This document shows, in pieces, positions 52,007 through 64,000 of a stretch of DNA of 64,000 bases (the first letter of the stretch is position 1; every line of letters starts with the position of its first letter). A program made the translations under genes and the position numbers. Under the pieces are notes generated by a model, which had not been told where the DNA came from, made no database searches, and was given only the letters and a program-made list of their open reading frames with translations. Origin of the DNA: Octopus vulgaris (lineage: Eukaryota); NCBI GenBank assembly GCA_951406725.2, contig OX597825.1:1550001-1614000 (forward strand), given 5' to 3'.

Positions 52007-52953
52007 TATCTGTGGAAAACTCACCCACTCCCACGTTAATTACGGAGCAGATTTTTCAGTTGATCGAACAACTCAATCTAAATCATTGAAAGATGGAGAT
52101 CCACCATCTCCATGTTATCTCTCTCTCTCTCTCTCTCTCTCTCGCTCTCTCCCCAAGTTTTTGTTTTCCCCTCCTTTCTGTTTCACGTTATTTTGCATAC
52201 TTTATTGGTTGTTGCTAGTCATTTTCTTTCTTTGATAGATGTAAAAATCTTCTGAGCTCAGCATGTCATCTTAAACTTGAATAACCAACTCTCCGTGTAA
52301 CAACAAAGCTCATTCCCCACAGCGACCGATTTTTTCTTATGCATGTATGACTGTGTGTGTGTGTATACATATGCACATACACACAAATGTTGGGTACATG
52401 CATGCATACATACATACATACATACATACATACATACATACATACATACATACATACATACATACATACAGGTATGTGTATGTGTGTGTGTGGAAGCATG
52501 TGTGATTGTACATAGTATATAGGCATATAAAGATATATAGATGTGCATATATACATATATATATAAATATACACGTACTTATGCGCACGCACATACATAT
52601 ATACTTTCTTATGTTATTTTTGTATTTTTATCTCTTTGTAATTGTACTGTTTTCCTCTTCTTTTTCTATTTCCGATTTGGACGCTTTTTTTTTTATCTAT
52701 TTCAGTAAAAGCCACTCTCCAAATGTTTGTTATAAATATTCTGTGTTCTGCACTCCAGATATCAGTAACATAATCAGTGACACTCGCAAAACGCAGAATA
52801 GTAACTGAAATTAATCTTAGTACCATAACAAATTATGAGAATTTATTTCTATTGTGAGATCTGTCTCCTCTTTGTAAACTCCAGGATGTGTGTGCAAGCG
52901 TACATACACACACACATCTACATACACACACACACACACACACACATACATCT

Positions 52954-52990
<37 letters not shown>

Positions 52991-53044
52991 CACACATACA
53001 CACACACATACACACACACGTATCATATATACACGCATTTATAT

Positions 53045-53745
53045 GTAGCAACTATACTTCACTGTTCAGGGTTTTTGCACCTTAAAGCTAAAATCAAAAC
53101 AGCTCACCTTTTAGTGAGAAAAGTCTTGTTTGCTAATGATGATGCCTTTGTGGTGTCTGTTGGATGGGGCATCAAAATTTAGTAGTGGGGTGCTTCAAAA
53201 TTATCACCTGGAAAACTTTATCAGTTAAATTTGACACGGCCGAAATGTTTCCGTGTAAACCCATTAGTATCGAAGAGTAAAGATTCGTTGCTTGTAGAGG
53301 TAAACTACTTTATCTGGGTAGTACAATCAGTGATGAACAAGATAACAGGCTGAGGAAGACCGTGCAGTCGTATGTATGTTAAAAGAGTAACTTTTCAATT
53401 ATAAGCACATCTCAGTTGATGTGATATGCAAAGTGTACCGAGCAATGGTATTTCTCATGCGACTGTAAAGATCGGAGACCTAGACATTATGCTTCAAGAA
53501 AACTGTATGCGTTCACAAGGAGACACTCAAGTGAGATGGTAAGCATCTGGAGGGAGGAGAGAAAGCCAAACTTGCTATTGAAGAATTATTGGTACGATGA
53601 ATGCTCAACTGGCTTGGGCAAACCCAAAGAATGGAGAAACCTTGGTTGTTAAGACAAATAATTTACTCCTGGTTGCTGAAAATTTAGATTCCGATCGAGA
53701 TTCAAAGATGTGGTTAATTGTAACATGAAAGATCTTGAAGAATGC
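53045..53745 (+). pseudogene. Decayed RTE-clade reverse transcriptase fragment
   Basis: Frames give LKAKIKTAHLLVRKVLFANDDA (RT (Y/F)ADD region), YLGSTIS, KVYRAMV, SET*T and LNWLGQTQRME in the canonical RTE order. Confidence 0.75.
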
Positions 53746-54471
53746 AATCCACTTCTGATATTATAAGCTAATGACATTTTATATGGACGTTCATCGTCGA
53801 CTATCGACGGCAGTTTGTGATGTTGATAATAATGATGATGATGAGGATGATGATAAAATATATATTTGTTTGTGCTTATTTTTGTATATGTGAGAGAGAA
53901 AGTGAAAAAGAGATAAGAGAGTATGTGCTATAAATAAAAGAATAAAAAAAGACAATATCTTTAAATTACGAATACAAATACAATATAAATACATTGTGAT
54001 TTTTGTTTTATTCCACTGTCCACATTGAACCGTAGATGTTTATCTCATTTTAGCAGATTTTTCAGCTTCATTAAGCTTTTCCACAATGATATTGCAGACA
54101 GCTCGGTCGTATAGTTGATGCGTAGTTTGCTGTACACTATAAACTAAAAGAATCGTTGCATTATCGTTTGTTATTTTGAGTCTAATCTACCGTGCTAATA
54201 TCATAAGTAGCTAGATAAACTATTCACGCACATATGAACTAAGAAGTAATCTAATCTAAAATAAATATTTAATTGACGCTGGTTTTTGTAGCTTTCGTTA
54301 GTTTTTGTTGCTTTTGTTCTGTTTGGTTATTTATACAAATCAACAAATCTACTAGACAACAAAACAAAATTGTTAAAAACAGAAAACAATTAATAATGGA
54401 AGGAAGGAAAGAAAGAGAACATGCAAGAAGTTGTATTTCTTCTCCACTGAAGAATTTTAAAAGAATCTGCG

Positions 54472-54525
<54 letters not shown>

Positions 54526-55140
54526 AAGTAAACGGAACTTTTGAGTTGTATGTACGCAAGAATAAATGAACATTCTTAATATTTATATCTATTTGTACTT
54601 ATCTATATATGTTTGTTTATGGATTTATATGTATGTGGTTACCTATTGTAAGAATGGTTATGTGTGTTTGTAAGAGAAGTTTGTGTGAGTCCGCATTGCA
54701 AGCGTTTATATAACGGGGTCAAGGAGTTCGCTTTGCATCTATGTAGTTCGGATTTCGATCCGACTTCGTGGCACCTTAATTAAGTATCATTTATCTTAAC
54801 GCTAGGGTCGACCAAGGTAGACGAAATTAATTTAGGGAACCAAGCAAAAGGACTATTGGTGAAATGACTAACCTGTCACTCGGATTTAACATCAGCTGAT
54901 CCTTAAAGTATCTCGCTTCAAATCTACTCTAATGCATGCATTTGGGCCATGTTTCCGGTTTGAGGATATTTTTCCCTATTCTTTCATTAACGCCCAACGT
55001 CTCTAAAAATGTGTGTGCACACGCGCACGAGTATGTATATATATATGCACGCGCACACACACACGCGCGCGTATATATACGTACAAGTACACACACACAG
55101 ACGTATAAATACATACAAGTACACACACATACGTATATAC

Positions 55141-55524
55141 CTGGAAGCACTCCGTCGGTTACGACGACGAGGGTTCCGGTTGATCCGATCAACAGAACAG
55201 CCTGCTCGTGAAATTAACGTGTAAGTGGCTGAGCACTCCACAGACACGTGTACCCTTAACGTAGTTCTCGGGGATATTCAGCGTGACACAGAGAGTGACA
55301 AGGCCGGCCCTTTGAAATACAGGTACAATAGAAACAGGAAGTAAGAGTGAGAGAAAGTTGTGGTGAAAGAGTACAGCAGGGATCACCACCATCCCCTGCC
55401 GGAGCCTCGTAGAGCTTTTAGGTGTTTTCGTTCAATAAACACTCACAACGCCCGGTCTGGGAATCGAAACCGCGATCCTACGACCGCGAGTCCGCTGCCC
55501 TAACCACTGGGGCTTTACGCCTCC
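55141..55524 (-). mobile_element. tRNA-derived SINE family C, intact-looking
   Basis: Minus-strand head ggaggcgtaaagccccagtggttagggcagcggactcgcggtcgtaggatcgcggtttcgattcccagacc, CpG-rich. The tail is shared with 3850-4161. Confidence 0.9.
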
Positions 55525-55759
55525 ACACACAGACGTTTATATACATACAAGTACACACACACATATGTACATGCATATATATACGTACGTATATATATCT
55601 ACATTCATATATACACACAAAGTTTGGGGGTTTAGTTCACAGGTGCTCTAAACGATTAGGTACGCCAGGTAAGTGCTGTAACGGATTACTGGGGCTCCAA
55701 GGTTATAGCCGAGTCGGTAGATATGGAGTCATTGCAGATTTCCGATGCAGCGGATGTAT

Positions 55760-56155
55760 AATTGTTAAAAAGGACGTCTAACGTTAAGGCAAGGCAAACA
55801 TCTCAAGTCATATACATTATTATTATTATTGGGAAAAATCCAAAATCTTACAGTTGTTTCTAGGATATCCCAGAGTATGTGATATTCCGTTTTCAGAGAC
55901 AAATTGGGGGAAAATATGGAAAATGAGAATGGTCTGTATCGATAAGATGCCAACATAGAGGAAGGAAATAAAAGAATAAGGAGATGGAAAGAGAGAAGAA
56001 AAAAGAAGCATAAAAGTTTATAGCTCAACTTTCCGAAGTTATGGAAACCAAAGTATGAACCCAGCTGTAAGATTTTGGATTTCTTCCTATAATAATATTG
56101 TGTATGACTTGAGATGTTTGCCATGCCTTAATGTTTGATATCCTGTTTAACAATT
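55760..56155. mobile_element. Foldback element or MITE with ~95-bp TIRs
   Basis: 55760-55856 is the reverse complement of 56062-56155 (aattgttaaa.agga..tc.aac.ttaaggca.ggcaaacatctcaagtcata.aca...aaatccaaaatcttacag.tg). Confidence 0.85.
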
Positions 56156-56157
56156 CT

Positions 56158-56203
<46 letters not shown>

Positions 56204-56689
56204 ATAAAATTTAAAATTAGCACGAAGCATAAGGATGCAAAAAAGCATCAACCTGTTTGGAAATAAGAGCTAAAGTCCAAATTCGACCGCCAGAAGGCAC
56301 CAAAATAATAGAAAATAACAGTAAGCGAAGAAACGGATAGAGCTAAAACACTAAAAAGCATACCTCGAAAGATTATGCCATGCAGATGCTCATATACCAT
56401 GGCTTCGAGTTCTGACCCGGAGGGCCTCAACCTTCCTCAGTAGGAGCTACTGGTAAAAATTCTAAATCTGCCACGTTATATATCCATTGGTGCTTTGACT
56501 TGTCTTGCGCCAAACCAGTCCACATGGTGCATATATATTTTGCTCATTCTATATGTATGTATGTATGTACGTATGTATGTATGTATGTATGTATGTATGT
56601 ATGTATGTATGTATGTATGTATGTATGTATGTATGTATGTATGTATGTATGTATGTATGTATGTATGTGTACATATGTATATCATCATC

Positions 56690-57720
56690 ATGGGCCCTCC
56701 CGTCGTTAGGTGACGTATTCCAGCTCGACAATTTCGACCGAACCGACGTGTTTTTCTTTCCTTCTCATGAGTTCTGCTATTTGTCTATCTAAATTGTGTT
56801 ATGTTATTGTTAATGTGTTATCGATTCTGAACTTGCTTAGCAGGGGAATTAGAAATTCCCCCTTTGAGGTGCGAATTGAACTTTTTTGCAACTTCTTGTG
56901 TAATTTATTTACACATTTTTGAAATTATGGCTTCCCGCCAAAACACAGACAACACCCCCAGTATTAACAGGGTCAACAGGATGTGCCAAGAAGTGTTACT
57001 AGTACTTCCTTATCGCGAACAGGAGGAGGTGAACCCCTCCACCCCCAAAGCCTCAGAAGTATACAATATATTCTACAAAGGTAACCCCAGTTTGCAGTAA
57101 GGAAAAAGAATGAATTGACAAAGAAAATGAATTAAGCAAGCCAAACTGACGCAGTTTCACGTCGGTTGCAACTATAAACCAAGAAAACCTAAAGATTAAC
57201 AAGGCAGACCTAGAAAAATATAAAAGCTTAGCAAAGCGTAAAGTGAACAATATAAACCTAATCCCACCCGGTGATATAATTCAACAAACAGCTAGAAAAA
57301 CAATAATATTAAAAACTCTTTCACTAAAAACGAAACAAGCCGAACATATGCCAAAGGAAACGATAGGAAAGGGCCCGCTGCCCATATGGGGCGACACCAA
57401 CTATGTAGCAAGAGGAAAAAATACAGCACTTTGGAGGTAAGGTTTGCTTCCGAAGAAGAAGCAAAAGAACACTTCACAGTGTCTTTGAAAACCAACGAAC
57501 TGATGCTACTGCCCACTTATATGGGCAAACGTACGTCTAAGATAAAAATTTGGGAAGTCCCACCAGAAATTGATGTGGTGTGGCTCGTAGCCGCTGTTTT
57601 GCTGGATTTGGAAAGTAGCGCTTCCATTCTGCAGGTCACGAAACTGCACTAACAAAACTGGTGGGGCCAAGGCCTCGAAATCCTCATACAGGCCACACAG
57701 TAGGATCTCGGAATTACTAA
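56690..57720 (+). mobile_element. 5' part of a non-LTR retrotransposon (5' UTR and disrupted L1/Tx1-like ORF1)
   Basis: ATG at 56927. Stop- and frameshift-broken reading SFTSVAT...RKTIILKT...YSTLEVRFASEEEAK...LLPTYMGKRTSKIKIWEVPPEI...NWWGQGLEILIQA resembles LINE ORF1 RRM-type regions. Confidence 0.6.
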
Positions 57721-57949
57721 ATACGTGAATGTTACATGTTGCCCATAAACAAAATAGTGGGACAGTCGATTATTTCAGATCTTTAGTTAACTAATGTGTG
57801 GGCACACTTCACTGCAACCCACAACACATATGTTACCAGATGGCCTGCTTGAATAACTCTGTCTTAAATTGTGACCACATTTGCTGATTGTGAGGTGGAA
57901 GTTATATGAAATGTAATTTAATTTTATGCATTATTTCCATGCGCGATTG

Positions 57950-58160
57950 AAGCGAACTGGCGGGAATATTACCGCGTCGGGCATTTCTTCTGGCTAAGCG
58001 GCATTTCTTTCGGATCTTTACGTTCTGAGTTCAAATGCCGTCGTGGCTGACTTTGCATGTCAACTTTTCGGTTTCGATGAAAAAGTACCAGCTGGGTCGA
58101 TGTAATCGACATTACCTTCCTCTAATAATTGCTTGTGCTGCCAAAACCTATAACCATTAT
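57950..58160 (+). mobile_element. SINE family B, diverged
   Basis: gcgaactggcgg...cgttctgagttcaaatgccgtcg...aaaagtaccagctgggtcgatgtaatcgac. Confidence 0.75.
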
Positions 58161-59959
58161 TACCATCCTTGACAAAGTGAAATCCTTCTATTTTAAAAGT
58201 AGTTCTTGGAGTAGTGGATGATTCTGAAGCTTATGATATCAATATGGTTGCAGTGGGCATTGTTGTTTAGCCACCATGCCCTCACAGGGTAAGAAAACTT
58301 ATGATGAAGGAATTCAAACCATAGCTATCACATAATTTACTTTTCTCAGAAATAACGTACCAGTAAATACATTATAGTAACACGCCGGTTGGTTCTAGTT
58401 TGAGTGAAGCTTTGGTTGCTATTTAAAACAGGCTGAAGAACCACGTAGAGAATTTCCCGTTGCTCAAGGAAAGAAAAATAGACACAGCTTGAGTATAGTA
58501 GGCTGAATTCATTTAAGGAAGGTGAGAAAAGAAGGAAAAAAAGACGAAAACTGTTACCGTCAAGCAGCCAGCAAAATATAAATGTATCAATGTCTTATAA
58601 CGTTAACATCAACATTTATTTTTTCTCTTCAGTGTTGATGGCATTATCCATGGAAATGATGTATCACCTATGCTTATACTTATATTTATCACTGGCTCCT
58701 ATGCTTATATTCTGTTTCCACTCTTTTGAAATGCTATTTTATTTCAATCTCTTTGACTGACTTATTATGCAAGGTGACGATGTTATATTATCATCCATTC
58801 GTAATTATTTTTAGACAGCATTTTCCGTTACATTAATTATAGTGGCTTAATTCACTCGAGAGTGTACTGTCCCGCATTCTTTTTGCGTTTTTACTACTCT
58901 AGGTATTTACTCATTTCACGACACGACACCACATTCTGTGTTGACTGAATAATCATAGATATGTCGAATAGCTCAATTAGTGTTGCTTCAAGGTTAAGTA
59001 ATTTTACTTTCTCGATCACAAAAATATTGTTCTTTTTTGTAAATTCTGTTATTTAGCACAAAATAGAGGGGCATATAAGTTTAAGCATAAGTATGGTGGA
59101 TGAAACTTAGAATACGCCTGTACTTGCTAAGTACATCATTACAGACCTGTGTTGAAAGTGCCCTACTTTTCTCTCTGTTTTGCCTGAAGGCATCTTGTTT
59201 TCACATTCGTCTCATATAACCTACATAATTCCAGTAGTCAATAATGTGTTCCGATAAGTACACATTGTTAAGAGGTATCGTTTCTTCTTTCTATTTCCGT
59301 TATCAACTTGAATATTTACTGAAAAGCTCGCAAAGTTTGGTATGTTTTATATGCAGTGGAACACAAAAAGCCTGACGTTTCGAACAATATTTTCGTATTT
59401 CCCACGTCGTTATTCTCTTGTTTCCAAGTTACACAAACTTTACTGAATAACTTTTGCCCACACAAACCACCACTGGTTTCTTTGAACTCCGGTTTATATT
59501 TGCTGTTGATTGTTAGCTTTTTTTTTCACCCGTATAAATGATTTCTTTAACGTTTCTGCTTTATGTGCTAGTAAGTTATTGTTATTTACCTCTGTAAATG
59601 CGCGCTTCAATGCTTTGAACACACTTTGCAATCAAATAACTAGTCTGTAATCTAAAGGATTATATGAGCCTATTTTCTTGTTTATCCGCAAGTCGGTTCT
59701 GTTTGAGGAGATCTATGATCAAAAGCATTTCAGTTCTGATTATCCCACCATTTTCTATTCACAGTATACTTGGACTATCAAATCTGTCCTTCCGTTTGCT
59801 TTTTTTTTGTAACATGCAATATTGTGTGACTTGAGAGATATTTCGCAGTTATTTCTAGCAGTTCTAGTGACTACATAATGACTATATCACTGGGTTGATG
59901 CGCTTATATTATTTGGTGAACTAATTTTGTTTTCATATTCGGCAGTTCATGTTGTTATT

Positions 59960-60360
59960 GCAACCATTTGTAAGATGTCCCGCTGCGGGAAATAACTAAA
60001 AATTTATTAATCTGCCCGTTCCTCGAGTTTCTCACTTATTTCCAAGTTTTTTTTTTTTTTTTTTTTGTTCCTGTAATCTCTTCTTACAATTCCTGCTGCT
60101 CAAGAGCTTTTATATATTCTTTTTCAGTTTACAACCATTCTGAATTCTTGTTATGAAACTGATCTGTTTCCAATAATTCTTGCCACAAGCTATTTATAGA
60201 TGTTTTATCCGTGTTGTATCGATCAGTGTTGTTTTCTGGGCCAATTCTTTATAGAATTTCATTGGGTTTACACAAAATGTTTTATTCTATTTGAAGAATT
60301 CCACTTTTTGATTTTTTATTGCACCTTCAAACTCGCTGGCTTTTTGCCTTAACTGTTAAG
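59960..60360 (-). pseudogene. Decayed R4/Dong-like (restriction-like-endonuclease) LINE ORF fragment
   Basis: Minus translation: LTVKAKSQRV...NKTFCVNPMKFYKELAQ...SLWQELLETDQFHNKNSEWL*TEKEYIKALEQQEL*EEIT. This matches the pre-RT pattern NP.KFYREL...FW..IW....HN.NAEWI. Confidence 0.65.
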
Positions 60361-60732
60361 TCATGGAAACCACGATATTTTAGATTTACCGTTGTCACTT
60401 TCCATTTTACTCTAGGATTCGTTCAAAAAGAATGGCTGCGCAGTTACGAAGTTCGTTTCGCACGCAAGTAGATGCAGATTTGGTTTCACTCTACAGAAAT
60501 TCTGATAAATCTTTTCTCGGGTTGACCCAAGCATTTGTATTGAATTTCGATGGACGGAAGCTGCACAGTAGTTTGTGCACTGTAGATATAATCTATAGAC
60601 ATAACCTAAATCCCAGTTAACACCGCTACGGGGCTTTTCTGTATCTCCTAGCCTGGGGTATTTGCAAAAAGGTTTTAGCCCTTCCCTCTTTGACTAAGCT
60701 ATCAAAACACTACGTATGATCATTGGCACATT

Positions 60733-60945
60733 GGTTTCAAATTTTGGCACAAGGCCTGAAGTTTCGGGAGAAGGGGATTAGTCGATATCATCGACCTCGG
60801 TACTCAACTGGTACTTATTTTATCGATTTCGAGAGGATGAAAGGCAAAATCAACCTGGGCGGAATTTGAACACAGAACGCAAAGACGGACGAAATTCCGC
60901 CGAGAATTTAATCCGGTCTGCTAACGCTTCTGTCAGCACGTTGCC
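60733..60945 (-). mobile_element. SINE family B (variant tail)
   Basis: ggtttcaaattttggcacaaggcc...ctggtacttattttatcga...ggatgaaaggcaaa...gcggaatttgaacacagaacg. Confidence 0.88.
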
Positions 60946-62146
60946 ATTTTGATACTGAATATTGATACTTTAATTCATTAAGACCATTGTATTTACCAAT
61001 CATAGCCGTCTATGTTTTGTTTCTTTCGACAATTTATGAATTTAGTTGGCACTCGTCTATATTAACGACTTTATGTCTGTTAGTGCAGCTCCTCAGATCT
61101 TTCACAGTCTATTGTTTTCAGAGTAGATTTATTATGGCTTTCTTTTAGAGCTTCGTCCATGTTTATTTTAATTAATAACCTACATCCTATCGCAGACAGC
61201 GACCTTTGTAGCAATGAATTCAATTTCCCTCAGTTTTGCTTCATGATATATTTGATAAGGATACAATACCAAACAAGGAAGACGCTGTCATAATTTCTCA
61301 GCTTGATTAACGAGTTTTCTCTACGGTGCACAAAAGTTCAGGTCAGTGTGACAGACGACCAAAATTGAATTTGTAACGGGTTAAGTATGAAAGAAAGTTA
61401 TTCCGCTAACATCGCAAATCAAGAAACTTTTCCGAAATGGTTTAATAATAACATAGATGTAAGCAAAAATATGTACAGGTTGCGAAGCTCGTGAAAATAT
61501 AAACAGAAAAAATTTGCTCAGAAAGGCCGGACCGAGGTGAAAAATGTATATATCGCTGCGGAGAAGGTATTATCAGTTCACTACACTGTATTATTGTAGG
61601 TACCATCAACCTAAACTACAGTTTTTGGTTTGTGAGTTGACGTCCTTATACAAAAATTCCATCTACTGCAAAAGCTTGCTATGTCTCTGTGAAAAAGTAT
61701 AAAGTTGTTAGACCTATTGCCAAACCGCGTGGCGGCTACAGCGCACTCTCTTTGATAATCTTATCAGGATATCCGTCTCAAATTTCCTACAGATACCTGA
61801 ACAGAACCACTTAGAACTAAGCATCTCATCCTGAGACGCACCGACACGTCTATAACCAATACGATGGCAGGATACATAAGCATCCTTTCATTACTACATA
61901 TTAAAAATAATTTGAAAATAGTAGCCTAATTCTCTCACCTCTAATCTCTTCAAAGGAACACATTATATGAAAATTCGGCGCCCCGTTTTAAAGAACTCTA
62001 TATATACATCACTTTCAAGAGATAAATATGTATAAATAAGTTGAACCTAACTGAAAATAAACATCTCACTTTTGTTTGTAAAAAGAGTTTAAAAACGAAT
62101 AAGAACCTTACTGATGTGCTTCTTTTTCGGATATATGAACTACTGA

Positions 62147-62198
<52 letters not shown>

Positions 62199-62516
62199 TT
62201 TATTGATATGCAGTTTATATTATGCAACTTTTATACTAGTCGATACTAGTTTTGTGGTATGTCCAATGAATCCTTTCTAATTTACTACGGTAAAATGTAA
62301 TTTGAGGATAATTTGGTCGCTGTGTCTTGGACCTCAAGCTATGTGTGTGTATATGTCACAGATAGCGGACGTGTGTATGTGTTGGTTGACTCGCCATGAC
62401 ATTCATTGTATGTATGTCTATTCTGTATGTGTGTTGACGTCATGGATGCCATGCTTTTTTTTCCGTCAAGAAATAACTAATAAAAATTGTGTTTAATCAT
62501 TTTCATTAATAAATAG

Positions 62517-62556
62517 GTGTGCAGATATGACAAAAAATTGTACTGCACTGCCGAAG
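62517..62556 (+). CDS. Candidate 40-nt exon (MTKNCTALPK from the ATG at 62527, or VCRYDKKLYCTAE in another frame)
   Basis: tttcattaataaatAG| ... CCGAAG|GTAAGT. The donor is a perfect consensus but the acceptor is only moderate. Confidence 0.3.
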
Positions 62557-64000
62557 GTAAGTATGAAAATAAATATGCAAACAAAAAAAAATCATAATAA
62601 AATATAGTATTTCTGAGATATTTCGGGTACACACAAACATCTCTGGAGTTTTTAGTATTATTAACATGTGGCTATATGTTCGATTATGATAAAAATATCT
62701 GTAGAGATCGGTCTTGATAGGAGAAGCTTGATTTTGTTGAACTGATTAGATACGGATTAGTTGCTGGTACATTTAATAATTACGCAGTTGATCACCCATT
62801 CGGTGAACCATATTGATTTATATTGCTTAATTTTTGTTTAGTAGGTTGTTGCTATATTAGTAAGTAAACAAATTTATTGATAGAAGGTGGATTACAACGG
62901 TGAGGATTATAGTTTAAAGAAGAAGGAAAAAGAAGAGAGAAGAAATCCAGTACCATAAGGATTAACCCTCGAACAAAATACTATCTTTTATGTTGTTTTT
63001 TATGTTTATTAATCTTATTTGTCGCAAATACTTATCCTTTTAATCCTTCCTAAAAATATAATGTGCTCTAGTTGATCGTCCTTGATGGTGGTGTGCACTA
63101 GCGACAAAAGCTAGATCACATAAGATGCGATGAAAAAGAGCTAATACGTATTATCATCGCAGAAAATCGTATTTACGAGAAGGTGGGGAGCGAAACTGAA
63201 TTCTGTAAGTCTCATTTCGTAAGCATTTCATATCATATGCCGAGACTCCACGTTTATCGACGACTTTTAATAGACACATCGGTGAAGATATATCAGTTTT
63301 TGTATTTTGTCGACACTGTTTCTTTTACAAAATAGAAAATATAGCACAAGCCTTTTCGTTGCGTTTCTTGTTACAAATTTTCTGCAAATTGGGCAATACT
63401 ATTTCCAGTCAGTCTTAAATGTCTTTTATTCTCACAAACAACAGTTTCATATTGCCAAACTTCTTGTGGTTTGGATGTGCCACAAAACAGCAATGACTTA
63501 TTATATAGTTGGCATAATACTTCAAATATTTGGCAGGAGTCTAGTTGGTTATATGATCTCAGTACTTCACTGGTACTATATTGGTCGCTGCGAGATTTGA
63601 ACACGCAATATAATGGACCATAACTAAACATTTTGTCCGATGTTTTAACGATTCAGCCAACCTATCGCCCTTAACCACAAAATAATAGTTTCTGTTTTAA
63701 GCACTAGGTTGGCACTTTTAAGTGGGGAACGGGGTAGAAGTGGATACTATCGAGCCCAGCGTTATATTAATGCCTTATTTTAGTTAAGTGCGTTGAAGGG
63801 CAATGTTGACTTCAGTGGGATTTGAACTCAGAGCCGTAAGAAAGGCCGCGAGATATTTTAGTAAAGTTATTTATTAGTGTTTGAAAGGAAAACTAAGCAA
63901 TTTAATATTTTGTTTTGACTGTCACGTGAATGTTTTCTCGTGACAATTAGTTGGAAAGTATTTGATTTACAACACCCTATGCATACATTCTGATAAATAA

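Noticed and set aside
55445-55524. tRNA-like sequence on the minus strand (also heads at 27490-27561 and 28714-28790)
   Set aside because: A and B boxes are present, but they continue into multi-copy SINE bodies and I could not fold a complete cloverleaf. Called as SINE heads.

Overview
This is AT-rich eukaryotic DNA. The repeat families point to an octopus-type (coleoid cephalopod) genome, which is an inference. It is almost entirely intronic or intergenic, and no complete protein-coding gene can be supported. Nearly all long ORFs in the track are translations of (TA)n, (CA)n, (TATG)n and (GATA)n microsatellites. Supported content: at least three tRNA-derived SINE families (several with target-site duplications), a 5'-truncated RTE LINE plus solo copies of its 3' UTR, decayed RTE, R4/Dong-like, L1/Tx1-ORF1-like and Penelope (GIY-YIG) fragments, two non-autonomous Helitrons, and several MITEs (Tc1/mariner-pogo-like, Merlin/Mutator-like, piggyBac-like). 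There are also a few short candidate exons. The most interesting signals are a sharp CpG-decay boundary near 26-27 kb that coincides with a possible minus-strand gene start, a recursive-splice-like AG|GTAAGT micro-exon, decayed hammerhead-ribozyme cores next to Penelope-like remnants, modular SINE head/tail shuffling, and many long foldbacks that could be dsRNA/ADAR substrates. I cannot establish a new biological system from the sequence alone. All family names come from motif recognition, not database searches.
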